From NCBI RefSeq assembly GCF_006345805.1, contig NC_043010.1, positions 64,666,001 through 64,730,000 on the forward strand: DNA of 64,000 nt. The letters run 5' to 3'. The position numbers and the translations under genes were made by a program. The notes below the pieces were generated by a model. The model saw only the letters and a program-made list of their open reading frames with translations, searched no databases and was not told the DNA's origin. The DNA comes from Octopus sinensis. Lineage: Eukaryota. This document shows positions 24,241-36,954 of the stretch, piece after piece (position 1 is the stretch's first letter; each line of letters begins with the position of its first letter).

Positions 24241-25084
24241 AACGCGTCTCAAAACAAAAGAACCGCATACTCAAAAAAGAAAAAAAGAAAGGAAAAGAAA
24301 AGAAAAACAAAACAGGCAAGGAAATATCTAAGCGAATTCCAAATAGAACAAATCCCAGAATCAGACGTACTGGAAGCAAGCACAGAAAGAAGCTAGGCGT
24401 ATGAAAACCATTGCTAAAGCTGCTTATAGAACATTTAAGTTTGCAAGTGATGCAACGTAGAACTACAGAAGTGTTCTGGGAGTAGATTACGGATAACGAC
24501 TTCAAAATATAGTTGTTTTTCTTGAAAGCGAAATTTTTTGTCAGAATCAGCCGCATAAATCGTGTAAGGAAATTGAAGGTAGACGTTGAAACTGTCCCTC
24601 TACGTGTTTATTTTATTAAACAGCTGAGGGAGCTGTTTTTTCGGAGAGAAGTATGATTGGTACGTTAAAAAATGTCAATATAATACCTACTTGAAAAAGT
24701 AGAATTGAAGGAGTGTATTTACTACATGCTTACAGTGACTTTAAAAAATTTCCTTCAGGTAACGAAAAATGAAGACATGAAGAGCTTGAATTCAGTTCAC
24801 GAATACTGCTTTGAATCTTTAGCAGTTCTCAGTGAAATGATGTCACGTTAAAAGGCGTACAGATAATTGTGAAGTTGTAATGACGGTGAAAGTAAGAAGG
24901 ATACAGATATATAAGTAGTCAAAGTAACCAGCATGTGTGGTAGCACTGAAGCAGTGTATTTTGAAAATAATTGAATATATTTGACTATATTATTTTATGC
25001 CTAATGATCAGATAGTTGTGTGTGTGCACACACACACACACACACACCTGCACATCGTTATTTAACATTTCTATGTTGATAAGT

Positions 25085-25260
25085 GTTGATCTCTTTGGCA
25101 GGAACGTGGCGAGCTGCAGGAATGCGTCGAGTTCTGAAGCTATTTTTGGAATGGTTTCTACGGCTAGATGACATTCCTAACGCCAACCACTTTATAGAAA
25201 GTAATGTGTGCTTCTTCCTTGCCACTAGTATTAGCGAGGCTTCCATGTAACTTGCAAGAC
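25085..25260 (+). mobile_element. Short interspersed repeat remnant
   Basis: ggtttctacggctagatgacattcctaacgccaaccact related to about 9165-9215; copy at about 52260-52440. Confidence 0.5.
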
Positions 25261-25447
25261 ATCAAAGAACAGAAGAAAATGAAAGGAAAAATGCTGCCAC
25301 AGATGCATAGTGCAGAGTGGTGCCATTTTTTCAGAGTTGTGTATATCTATAAATTTTAACAGTTGGTTAGTTATTTTTCTGCACCTTTTATAATCATTCA
25401 TATAGTTATTATTATAGGATTTGTTCTTTGTTTATTTTCATCTCCAC

Positions 25448-25520
<73 letters not shown>

Positions 25521-25719
25521 TTAAATGGATTTGAACGAAGATGTTATTAAAATTCTTTTACTTTCGACATAGGTTTCGAAGACAACATGGCTTCATTCCA
25601 AAGGAATAAAAGGTGTAAAATGTAATCTTCTCACCAGGAAAGAAAGAAGATTTTGCTACCCTGGTAACGGTTTATTGAATTTTCCATGTTAACGGTAAAC
25701 AAAGGATAATTCATTCATC

Positions 25720-26890
25720 CATTTATATATTGGTCCAGGCCATGTCTAACTTAATAGCACCATCTGATAGGATTATCTAAATCCTGTTTAAGTCAAGTTT
25801 TGTTTATGGTCCATTCAAGTAGTGAGTTTTTGTTGGGTGAGTTGTATCCAATTATGGGTGGCTTATCTGGTATTCCTTGAAGGAATCTATCCAGACTCCG
25901 TTTTAAGTTGATGGGATCCTTTTCCTCTTTGATCTATTTCGGGACAAGGTTAAATAGGGCAGGGCCTGTTGAGGAAAAGAAATTATGTTGCAGTGTACAT
26001 GTATGCTATGATCTTGAATTGAGCAGGGGACGTATGGCCCGTGGTCCCAGTCTTGGATGAACCTTGAAGCTAATGTTCAGGTCGTTTCGCTAAAGTTGGC
26101 GGTATATTCTCCACATCGTACAAATGATGTACCGCTCACGGCGACGCTGGAGAGAGTAGAGTTTCAAGGCTTTAAGGCAGTCCCAATAATCGAGAGCAGC
26201 CATGCCTTCAATTCGATTAGTGAATGCCCTCTGGGGTGATTCAATCCTCGAGACGTTTTGTCTTGTATGGGGAGACCACAGTGGACAGCGGTATTCGAGG
26301 TGTGGCCGTACAAGGGAGGAAAAAAGTGGTATGGTGACACCTTCTTCTCTGGACCGGAAAGTTCTTAAGATCCAGGAACTCATCCTACGAGCTATATAGA
26401 TCTTCTTGTTGATGTGTGCACTCCAACTGAGATCGTTATCAACAATTACACCCAGGTGTCTGATATTGTTAGAGGCTGTGAGCGGTTCCCCTGAAGGAAG
26501 AGTGTATGGCTGTTTTAGTGAGGAAATTCTTCCAAAATGCATCAGCTCAAATTTTCCCTCGTTCAGTTGCATTTTGTTTCTGTCTGCCCATTGACTCACA
26601 GCATATAGATCAGACTGGAGTTGAGTTCGATCTGCTTCTTCATTGACGATTTGCTGGAGCTTAGTGTCATCAGCAAATATTTTCACTTTGCAGTAATGTA
26701 CGACACTGGAAAGGTCGTTTATGTAAATTATAAAGAGTAGCGTGCCCAAGACAGTCCCCTGGAGGACACCGCTGGTGACCTTTGCTGGGCTTGAGTAAAC
26801 TCCATCAACTACAGCATGTTGTGTTCTATTCGTCAGGAAATACTTAATCCAGTATAGAAGTTTTCCATGGATTCCAATATTTGCCAATTT
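25720..26890 (-). mobile_element. 5'-truncated CR1/Jockey-group LINE (RT C-terminal half)
   Basis: [46 protein letters not shown]. Confidence 0.92.
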
Positions 26891-26898
26891 TATATATA

Positions 26899-27874
26899 TT
26901 TTGATTTGATTTTTGATTTTTCCAGTTTCAGCTAATGAGCTGTGGCCATGCTGGGGCACCGCCATTTGGTTTGCTACACGGTTTTACCTCACGGATGCTT
27001 TTTAGCAAACGCCATCTGATGCATGAGAGAGTTTGATGCAGCTGCCCTCATCTGCACCTCCTGCCGTTAAGTTGGTTCATCCGGGACACCTGACAGGAAG
27101 AGATCCAGTCCTACTTTAAAGTCATCCGCATCTACACCATGCAGGTCCCTCAGGTTCTTCGGGAGGATATTGAAGAGCCGTGGGCCTCTGAAGCCCAGGC
27201 TATCACAATATCTTGTCCTACATCTTGATGGCAAATTTGGAGTCCTTGGTACTACGCAGTGGCGTCCGGTTCTGGCATTTGTGTGACTCGCGATGCCAAA
27301 GTCTGGGACAAGACCTTCCAGGATCTTCCAGATATATATTATGGCATATCTTTCTCGCCTACGCTCCAGGGAATAGAGCTTTAATCTCTTGAGTCTCTCC
27401 CAGTAGCTCATATGCTGCACAGAGGCTATCTTCTTCGTGTAGCTTCGTTGGATCGCCTCAAGTTCTGTGATCAACTTGACACTGGATGGTGACCATAGCT
27501 GAGAGCAATAGTCAAAGTGACTTAGGACAAGTGTCTTCCAGAGGACCATCATAGTTTCTTGTTCTCTTGTTCTAAAGGTTCTAAGAATCCATCCAGCCAG
27601 CCGTCTACATTTCATTGTCAGTTTAGCAACATGTACATGAAAGGTCGCGTCATCACTCATGTGAATACCCAGGTCACGCACTGATTGTGCCTCTGGGATT
27701 GCAATCCCTCCGGGTCCAGTGTATTCATTGGGTATTGCATTCAGTTTTGCATGCTGATAGTATAAAGCTTGAAACTTTTCAGCATTGAACTGCATGCTAT
27801 TCTTTTCAGCCCACTTGTATATTTCGTCCAGCTCACATTGCAGGTGCTTAGTGTCTTCAGGGTTCTGTATTGCC
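26899..27874 (-). mobile_element. Younger 5'-truncated CR1-like LINE with intact 3' tail; absent from copy 2
   Basis: Uninterrupted 242-aa ORF 27067-27795 (MQFNAEKF, LVLSHFDYCSQLWSP, YSLERRRERY, GVPDEP); tail ggcggtgccccagcatggccacag..ctgaaac plus (tcaaa) repeats. Confidence 0.92.
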
Positions 27875-28020
27875 TAGCGGTTCGGCAAAAGAGACCGATA
27901 GAATAAGTACTGGGCTTACAAAGAATAAGTCCTGGGGTCGATTTGCTCGACTAAAGGCGGTGCTCCAGCATGGCCACAGTCAAATGACTGAAACAAGTAA
28001 AAGAGTAAAGAGTAAAAGAG
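27875..28020 (+). mobile_element. 3' half of a SINE; absent from copy 2
   Basis: tagcggttcggcaaaagagaccgatagaataagtact..ggcggtgctccagcatggccacag..ctgaaac plus (agtaaaag) tail. Confidence 0.85.
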
Positions 28021-28152
28021 TACCTATATATATACATACATATATACATAAATAAATATATATATATTTATATATATACCTATATATATACATACATATA
28101 TACATAAATACATATATATATATTTATATATATACATACATATATATATATA

Positions 28153-28189
<37 letters not shown>

Positions 28190-28193
28190 TATA

Positions 28194-28230
<37 letters not shown>

Positions 28231-28263
28231 TATATTACATACATACATACATACAATACATAC

Positions 28264-28294
<31 letters not shown>

Positions 28295-28300
28295 ATATAC
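28021..28300. repeat. (TA)n/(TACA)n microsatellite
   Basis: Direct reading. Confidence 0.95.
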
Positions 28301-28764
28301 GAAATTGATTAAGATGTATATCCTTCTCTGGCGAACCTTTACATCAATATTTAGCATTTTCCAGGTAAATGGTTGTCAATCTCTGGTGTATGATTATAAT
28401 AGTTCTTATTTTTTTGTATTTCGTAATGCTATAATAACATCCAGGTATGAAAGCTCACAATTCTGGCTTGCTTCTAGTTTTATCCATTATTGTCTAAGAC
28501 TGCGGTACCGAATACAATATTTTTGTTTGTTTCTCCCGAACATCAATATATTCTACCGCTACATAACGTACCCTGTTTCATTGTATGATTTTTCTTGGTT
28601 TTCTCCACGTCGACAAAATGTAATTTTTGGGTTGTTATCATGACTCAACAAACTATAATAGAATATAATACAAATTGGAACGTAAGATATTGCTTTCATT
28701 ATGCTATAATTTTCTTTTCAAAAGTGGAATCATATTATAAACGTCTGAAAAACTAAACACTTAC

Positions 28765-28902
28765 CATTTTCTTGTTATGGAACCTAACCTTTAAAGCACT
28801 GTGTATACATATACCTTTATCCTCAACACTAACTAGTTCTATGAGATACTGACCCAGTTTAATTGATTCGTTCAGTGTTCTTGGCAAGTAATTAGGTGGA
28901 TC
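28765..28902 (-). CDS. Receptor PTP D2 exon (YWP-equivalent)
   Basis: tctccacatag|DPPNYLPRTLNESIKLGQYLIELVSVEDKGICIHSALKVRFHNKKM|gtaagt; 138 bp, phase 0 to 0. Confidence 0.85.
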
Positions 28903-30467
28903 CTATGTGGAGAAAAAGAAGACATATTAATATCAGTTAATATGTTATATGATAAGTGTGTTCATATATTTACAACCAAAGTTGGGAAATGTTTAATGCG
29001 GCAAAGTTCTACATTATATAGCTGACTGAACTGCTCCTTAAGTAGTCATGTCGTAATATTAATTTGCTATTAAAAAAATAACTCCTCTCATATAACATAC
29101 TCAGAAATCGTCCCACACCAATCAGAATATTATAAGTAATCAGCTATTATTTTGAAAAAAATTGTAATTTTTAATGGTTAATTAGACACTAGAAAATGTT
29201 TATAAATAGTACCAGAAAATATTTATAAAATACCAATATTTTCATATTGTAGCAATAGTATGGGATTGACATATCTGTATGCGGGTATAACTTGAAGTGA
29301 ATTAAATCAATATCATGTTGGAAAGGAAAGCGTCTGACTATTTCGGGCAATGTACTTCTTCAGAAAAGAGAAAAGAGGTGTGCCTCCTGTCTGATTGATA
29401 CAGTTAAATACAGTATATACCTGTAACAGGACTTCCCCTCTAGACATAACTTTCTATTTTTTTTTTTTAATAGATTTGAATATTTGCAATCATTAAATGA
29501 GAGAACATCTCAATCAGAAAGAAAACACAACTCTTTTCTCTTTACTGAAGAAGTACGTTGCCAGAAACATCAAACGCTTTCCTTTCCAACATGATATCGA
29601 CTTAATTCACATCAAGTTATACCTTCATACAGTTATGTCAATCTCATACTATTGCAACAAAATGAAAATATTGGTATTTTACAAAGGAGTATCTTATCTT
29701 TTTTCCCTTGGAAGTGTACCACTCTTTCTTGCTTTATGAATGTGGTTTCCTCTCACATTATTTCATCAATATATTTTGAAATTTCGTTTTACTTTTATAA
29801 TTAGAATATTTTAAACATTTTCTGCTAGATATGTATTTTTGTTTCTTTTTTCTTAGTTTCCGCATTGCACTGCCTTTTTAATTTCTTCGTTTATAGCGAA
29901 TTTTTTCTCACATCTCCTCTTTTCTCTCTCTCTCTCTATCTCTCTCTCTTTTTCCCCAGTTACTCTCTGCCGCGCTCTCTCAACAGTCTTCAGTCTGTCC
30001 TATTTTGCTAAAAGCACGTTTTCTGCGACTCAGACAGCGACTGATTGTCACTATCAAGTTCAATACCTTAAGAGGAAAAATTGTTTACAATAATCTCGTT
30101 CCTCGTGATGAACATTTTCATTTTTGACAGCCAAATCTTTGTCCTCAGAAGGAGTAGAAATATGTACGCTTATTTATTACCTCACAGTTATTGCTTCAGA
30201 ACGTTCACTAAAATAATATATTACACGTTTCTCTCCTGCCGACTGTGTATTGCATGTGAAAAGTTAAGTTACTGTTCTTTCATTTATATTATTTTCTCTT
30301 TTCTTGGATCAGAATCATAATGAATAGACACGCCTATGCAACTTGCGTTTATGGGTCTTCATCTAAGCCTTAGTCTATTAATACTGGTTGACATGAAATT
30401 CTGGTAATATTCCAAAAATCTTACTACTACGTCCAACAGAACAACAATTAAAACAGTAATGACTACA

Positions 30468-30505
<38 letters not shown>

Positions 30506-31624
30506 GCACACACACGCACAAATAAACACACACACACACCTATATGGAGATTATACCACAGATTTCACCTAAATGTTGTGGACGGAGACACGATACGCCC
30601 TATATCTAAATAATTGATTCCAGACATTTTTTCTTTGAATAATAACATTGAAGAGATTATTCAATGCTGATATACTTGGTCACTTTCACCTATACAATAA
30701 ATTTACAACATGGTTACAGACAAGTTATTCGCTTGTTTTATAGGAAACACTGAAACAACTAAGCACAAGCATCTTACATTGCATCCAAAATTAAAGCCGT
30801 TCAAACAATCGGCAATGATTCGTTTAGCGATAACCTATTACCAAGTAATTTTCAGATAACACATAACATTTAACACCCCTTTGTCTCTTCTGCTGTACTA
30901 CAAGACATTCTGCTCTCTTGAATTAATATCCTTCATCCGCTCTCCGCTTGTTCTCCTTTAAATGCATCTATATTTCTGCATTTCTTGTGTGAAATATGTA
31001 GTGTGTCAAGCAGTGTTTCACATTCTAAACGTGCAAAATCCTTCGCCCAGTCCGTTCACTTTTCGGAAAACGTGCAAAGATCATTGGTTCTATTCATTCT
31101 TCTATAACTAAATTATAAGAAAACAAGGTATTTGTTTTACTGACCTTGCAGGTGGGCTGATTTTAAAAGGTATTTAAAGCTAAAAGTGTGATACAATCTA
31201 CCGTACATCAAAGTATCTGTTGCCGTAATTTACGTTTCTCAATAAATTTATTTTTTCAGTAATTGCAAGGTGGAAGAAGATAAAAATTGCTACTATTATT
31301 CCAATCACTCCACTGTGATTCCCATAATTCTGTGCCCGCCGAGTACTGTGTATTCTAAGACGATGAAGGTGTGTGGCCTACTATTTTTTTTAATATGGAC
31401 ATAGTTTCTGTTCCAGACACGGGCGGATTCTGGCCCCAGGGCTAAAGCAATTCATTTCCCATTGATCAAGTCTACACAACAGAAAATGAGTTACGTCTGA
31501 GGGGGAGTGGTTTCTTGTTGACTGTTTACCTAAAATATTGAAAACGCAAGACATCAAAAGTATCTAAGAGTCACAGCCCATTGTAGAAATCTGGGGTGGA
31601 TTTCGGTCGTATGAGTTGTAATTA

Positions 31625-31845
31625 AATGTTTCTAATTTTGACACAAGGGCAGCAATTTTTAGGTGAAAAGTTAAATCATTAGAAAGACACCAGTACTTGA
31701 CTAGTACTTTATTTTATCAACCCCACGAGAATATCGAAGGCAAAGTTAATTTCAGCGATGTTTGAATACAGAATATAAAAGCAAGAACAAATACCATTAA
31801 TCAGTTTGTCCGATATGTTAACGATTCCGCTTGTTCACCTCCTTA
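31625..31845 (-). mobile_element. Diverged tRNA-derived SINE
   Basis: Reverse complement of the family at 16716. Confidence 0.7.
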
Positions 31846-32399
31846 TTTACTGTAATTAACTGTAATTAAATAACAATGATTTATTCCGTTTGGAGTAATG
31901 TAATGTATTTCATTTACTCCAGTTGCTGCTATTAACGTAGAACCTGTGACGTAATATAAAATATTCAGCTGTTACTGGCACAGCATAACACATATTTATC
32001 TCAAAAGACGAGAATCCCTTAAAAGAGAGCGCTAACCAACCGGGACTGCGTGCTGGCCCTTTGTTCTTTGTTACCGCTTTAATTTCAGTTTGCATCCATA
32101 GAGTCCAGTTTTACTGCCCTTCCGATATACTATTGCTGATGTTTGATATTACAATTTTTTATAACATTTAGGAGATTAATATGGGGACACAACTCTACTA
32201 ACAAAATCTGATAACTAACAACCTGAAATTCTCCGCCTAATATAAAGTTAGTATTAACGATCAAGCCATCAGCTTTCAATTTGTACAGTGTCTCTAGAAA
32301 GAAACTGCTGGAATTATTACAATTTGGACAATAAATTAGGAACAATGATAGTCATTGATAACTTTAAATATTGTGAAAACAAAGCATTTATAGACTTAC

Positions 32400-32525
32400 C
32401 CCACTTGGATCAAAGAATGCCACGATATTGAGATAACCTTTGTTGATCAGGCATTTCAGGAAATATACTGTTTTACCTTCTTCTGGTATTTCCGTTACAA
32501 GAAATTCATTTTCACATGAAGGCCC
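32400..32525 (-). CDS. Receptor PTP D2 exon (IATQGP/DFW-equivalent)
   Basis: gtatatag|GPSCENEFLVTEIPEEGKTVYFLKCLINKGYLNIVAFFDPSG|gtaagt; 126 bp; the one difference seen in copy 2 is synonymous (GTG/GTA). Confidence 0.8.
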
Positions 32526-32754
32526 CTATATACATAAAAAAACGAAAGATAATTATAAAACAAAGAAACCAAGCAAAGAAAAGGGAGAACTATTATCGCC
32601 TCATGTTGTATTATGTCTTACTGCAACAAAGTACCTTTTTTATGTGAGAGACGTCTTCCCAAAATCTCAAGTGTAGCACTAATATACGTACACACATACG
32701 ATACAGTGTGATACAAATACACACAAGCTTACACACACACATGCATATATATAA

Positions 32755-33388
32755 CTAGCAGTATCGCCCGGCGTTGCTCGGGTTTGTAAGGGAAATAACT
32801 ATATAAGCATTTTTAGAGAGTTATAGCAAAGGATAGCAAAAAATGCATTAAAAATGGAATATAAAATGATGGTAATTTTTTTTTTAAATCGTTGACTCAT
32901 CGTAGACATTTTTAGAGAGTTACCTCCCTTATATAATAGCGAAAAAATGCATTAAAATGGAAAAAAATGGTGGTAAATATTTTTTAAATCGTAGACTCAT
33001 GTAGACGCTTTCTTAGCCATTTCTGTTTTGGTGTCTTCAAGCCATGAAGTCGTTGTTCTAAAAGAACGCTGGTCTCCTTGACAACGCATTACGACGTTGA
33101 TTTCCTTACACTCCCTTCCCCACAGGTGCAGGTGTGAGCGTGGACGCCAACTCCGCCGCCATCGACACACGAAAAAATATGCATTAAAATGGAATAAAAA
33201 ATTATGTTAAATTATTTTTAAATCGTAGACTCATCGTAGACGCGCGCTAATACTCAGACGGGCTCGATATGAATCACGACTATAAGATACCCGAATTTGG
33301 TTAAACTGGACCGCGAAATGTGGGAGTAGTTAGGAATCTAAATCGAAGGGGACAGACACTCACACAACTACAGTTTTATATATATAGA
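32755..33388 (-). mobile_element. Non-autonomous Helitron
   Basis: Minus strand A|TCTATATATAT.. 5' end; CCCGAGCAACGCCGGG hairpin shortly before CTAG|T 3' end; no TSD; internal tandem repeats. Confidence 0.85.
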
Positions 33389-33700
33389 TTAATTAATCAA
33401 AGGACATACTATATATGTCTACCTGCTGGAAATGACAGTCAAACTCATATTTGAATCGCCATGATACACTGATAATAACTACAGAGATCAACCGCCCGAA
33501 GGCAAACGGGCTAAGACAATCTTTCAGCATAATTCAAGTATTTGGACTCACGTGGACCGGTTTCTGGACTGGCAATATAGTCTCACCTCCCTCAGCACGC
33601 GTTACCATGAAGGAGAGCCCCAACCCGTCACGTTGAAGTCTACGCTGCAACTGAATCGTTTTGCGCCGAATCATGGCAGCCACCATTGTGAAAATAATTT

Positions 33701-34022
33701 CAACACAGAACAAATAATTCAAGAGAAAATATTTGCGAAGATATCATTGACTATTATTATCTAGTGTAACATTTGGTTGATTTATGTTGCTAAAAATAGT
33801 GTATTTTAGCGATTTAAATAAGAGATTTGACAGTTACATCCAGCAGGTATCCATACTTAGTATGTCCTTTGATTAATTTTTATCCTTCGCTATTTAATGA
33901 CTTTTGGGGGCTTGCAATCGCCTATATTATTAATTGTGTTGTCATTTTGAAATTGTTACACTATACAATAATAGAGTTAATAATAACTTCGCAAATATTT
34001 TCTTCTGAATTATTTGCTCCGT

Positions 34023-34024
<2 letters not shown>
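33701..34024. mobile_element. MITE with ~75-bp imperfect TIRs
   Basis: caaataattcaagagaaaatatttgcgaag..tagtgtaaca mirrored by tgttacacta..cttcgcaaatattttcttctgaattatttg; abuts (TA)n. Confidence 0.75.
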
Positions 34025-34083
<59 letters not shown>

Positions 34084-34704
34084 TATATATATATATTCAA
34101 AGAAACAGATTCGTTCGTAATGTGCATGGATAAAGGACCCGTGTTTGTAACAGGAATATGTATATAAATTACACATATACGATGGGCAAAGTGATGACAG
34201 CATAGAAGCGTTTTATTTAGGCACTGATATGACCATAACCTATCACCTGAATCAACGGAGATCTGACAAATCTCTATATTTGAAATTGTTCTGCTCTCAG
34301 AAAATAATATTAAAGCGAAACAACTGATGATTTAGGTATTAAAGATTGTTGGAATATTTTATGACGATGCCTTTAGATGGAAAGAGTATAGGTTAATGAG
34401 GGAGATATTTGAGAGATTATGTTAAACTCAGTAATGCTGTAAACGATAGGAGTGAATGAATCTCTAATTTTGTTACCTATATTCATTTATTGTAGCCAGG
34501 AACTATTTTCTTCAAGTAAAATAATATCAAAAAAAGAATTCGAAATGAAGGTATGTAATATACGTTTTAATTTTATTTAACTATTTTCGGATTTACCATC
34601 ATACAGAAGTAAAAATATCAATAAACGAGGGAGAAGAAAAGTTTAACTTATGCAGAAGAGAAGCGAGTGTTGAAAGTTTAAAAGAAAAATAATAATTTAC
34701 TTAC

Positions 34705-34789
34705 ATCGATGAATACCCCGTTCATATTGAATTTCGCTAACTCATCTTCCATTTATGAAAAAAACAAACCAAAGTAAAACGATTATTTT
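34705..34789 (-). CDS. Probable receptor PTP D2 exon (RVxL to YINA-equivalent), 1 nt short of frame
   Basis: ttttctag|(K)NNRFTLVCFFHK.. then MEDELAKFNMNGVFID|gtaagt in a different frame; 85 bp where 86 is needed. Confidence 0.55.
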
Positions 34790-36567
34790 CTAGAAAATTA
34801 ACATAGAGCATGATAAATACCTGTATTATTGAATTTCATAAAATAGATTTTTAGAATTATTATGCATACAAGGTCCAGTTTCAAATAGAACAGAGGTATG
34901 CATGCTGATCGTCACTATACGTGTAACATGTTAAAACTTATTCAGTTATAAAGTATATTCTTAATGTATTAAGCTTTGCTGAAAATGTTTTAGTCACGAT
35001 GTTATTTAAAAGCAAATCTGAATACTGATAAAAAGAAGATATTGTTTCATCAGAAACGTAGAAAATATTTCTTTGATCTTGTTTATACCAAGCCCAACAT
35101 AACAATGAACATATTTGTCTTAGTAAAAAGATAAATGGTGAAATTGAGCTCTGAAAGTAGAAAGTGTAGGTTTTCTCTTCGGATGGTACATTGTGCAAAT
35201 CTTATCTCGAAGAATTACTAGGGATCTTGGTATTCTTGACGCTGAAGATCACGTTGTCACTTGTTATTAGAATATATCATTACAAATTTCTACGAAAACC
35301 CCAGCAAACTGGTTAGCCTATGCATCAACGATTTGTCCTTTGGTGCATCATCACAAACATACTATTCTTTTCTTACAAGAACAGAGACGTGTGACGAGAA
35401 GCATGACGGTTTCATAAAGTGCAGCACTTGTTACTAACTATGGCTTAAAAACATCATTGCTATATGTTTTGAGGGTTCAAAATGATTCAATGTCTCGAAT
35501 CTGCTATGTTGTACTTGCTTATATTACGATGTGTTATTATATAACACTAGAGATGTTGTAACAATATTCTAAATCTGTGAAAACTTTGCACAGGATGTTC
35601 TCAGGATTCGATGTGAGCACTGACTGAAAAATTGATTGGAAAAGTCAGATGATTATTGATTTAGAGAAGAAATTAAAATTAAACATATCTATGGAAATTA
35701 ACTGGGAATATAGGGAGGAAATAATTTACTATTACATTAATTCGTCCACAATTTATAGCAAATGAGAGAACTGTACATATTAATAATTTGTGCTGTAAAA
35801 CTGTTCAGGAGGTTATCTGGTGCAATCTTTGACGCATTCAGATTTCACATGTCACTGAGGTCAACTTTGTCTTTTATCATTTTCGGGTTGGGAAAAATAA
35901 AGTACTAGTCCCATCAATGTAGTTCACTTGCTCTCCTCCCCTCAAAATTGCGTAGTTGGTTGCGCAAGAGAAAATATCGTGAGTTTCTTTATTTTACATT
36001 ATTCAATTTTTAACTTTCATTTTTTCATTAGAGCTAACGTTTCTTTTCGTCAAAATCTGTTCGGTAGAATTAGTATTCTATACGTACATGTGTCGAGTCA
36101 ATTACCAATATCTATATATTGCCAGTCTGTACAACTTTGAAAAGTTAATGTTTCTTTACCGAAATGCGTATTAACAGTTACATGAATGTACATGTGTCAA
36201 AATATTTATAAGGTCCTGATAATAGTGAATGTTTCAGATGACATTGATATATTAATAAAAATTGCACTTATGCATTTCTATCGAATACTAATATATTTTA
36301 CTTACAATAAAAGTATGTACTAAAAGTTAATGAAAATTTTCCACGTTAAAATAATAGTAAAAATACAATTGACAGTAATGAGACTGTGATTACTATATCT
36401 CATACCGGTGAACAGAGGAAAGGGGTTCTGTTCATGCATTATGTTAAGAATTGTTTACATAATGGGTTCATAGAACAATTCCAGAGTAATGTAAGTGAAA
36501 TAAAATGACTAAATAATTAGTAAATTAGTGTACATATATATATACATACATACATGAATATATATAA

Positions 36568-36605
<38 letters not shown>

Positions 36606-36855
36606 GCAGAGAAGGAGAAAACTAGCGAGGGACAGAAAGCAGAATAGGGTTGGGGCGTGTTAATGTGTAATATTTATTTACATATAGTGCATTTTTCGGT
36701 GATGGAAAATAACTATAAGTGGTATGTGAACAATTTCATTATAGGTACGTCCCTGTCATTGACTTTACTGAAAATAAATATAACTCAAATATGTCGTCCT
36801 TAACATTATTTGATTTCATATATACATACATATATATATCATACATACATCATAC

Positions 36856-36924
<69 letters not shown>

Positions 36925-36954
36925 TATATGTGTGTGGTGTGTTGTGTGTATGCT

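Noticed and set aside
24240-24600. Minus-strand ORF vaguely like a GIY-YIG N-terminus (CITC)
   Set aside because: No YIG motif; too degenerate to call
25561-25603. Hammerhead-like relic (copy at 52686-52728 with ACATATGT palindrome)
   Set aside because: CUGANGA core replaced by ggaatga; not called as a ribozyme
32130-32345. Minus-strand ORF as the next PTP exon
   Set aside because: Phase-0 acceptors lead to stops; the expected exon is at 28765-28902
34938-35198. Minus-strand ORF after a strong-looking acceptor (ctactttcag)
   Set aside because: No PTP similarity, no clear donor, and not needed for phase continuity
36406-36480. Donor gtatga with upstream MNRTPFLCSP resembling KNR..LP
   Set aside because: Stops in all three frames shortly upstream and no usable acceptor
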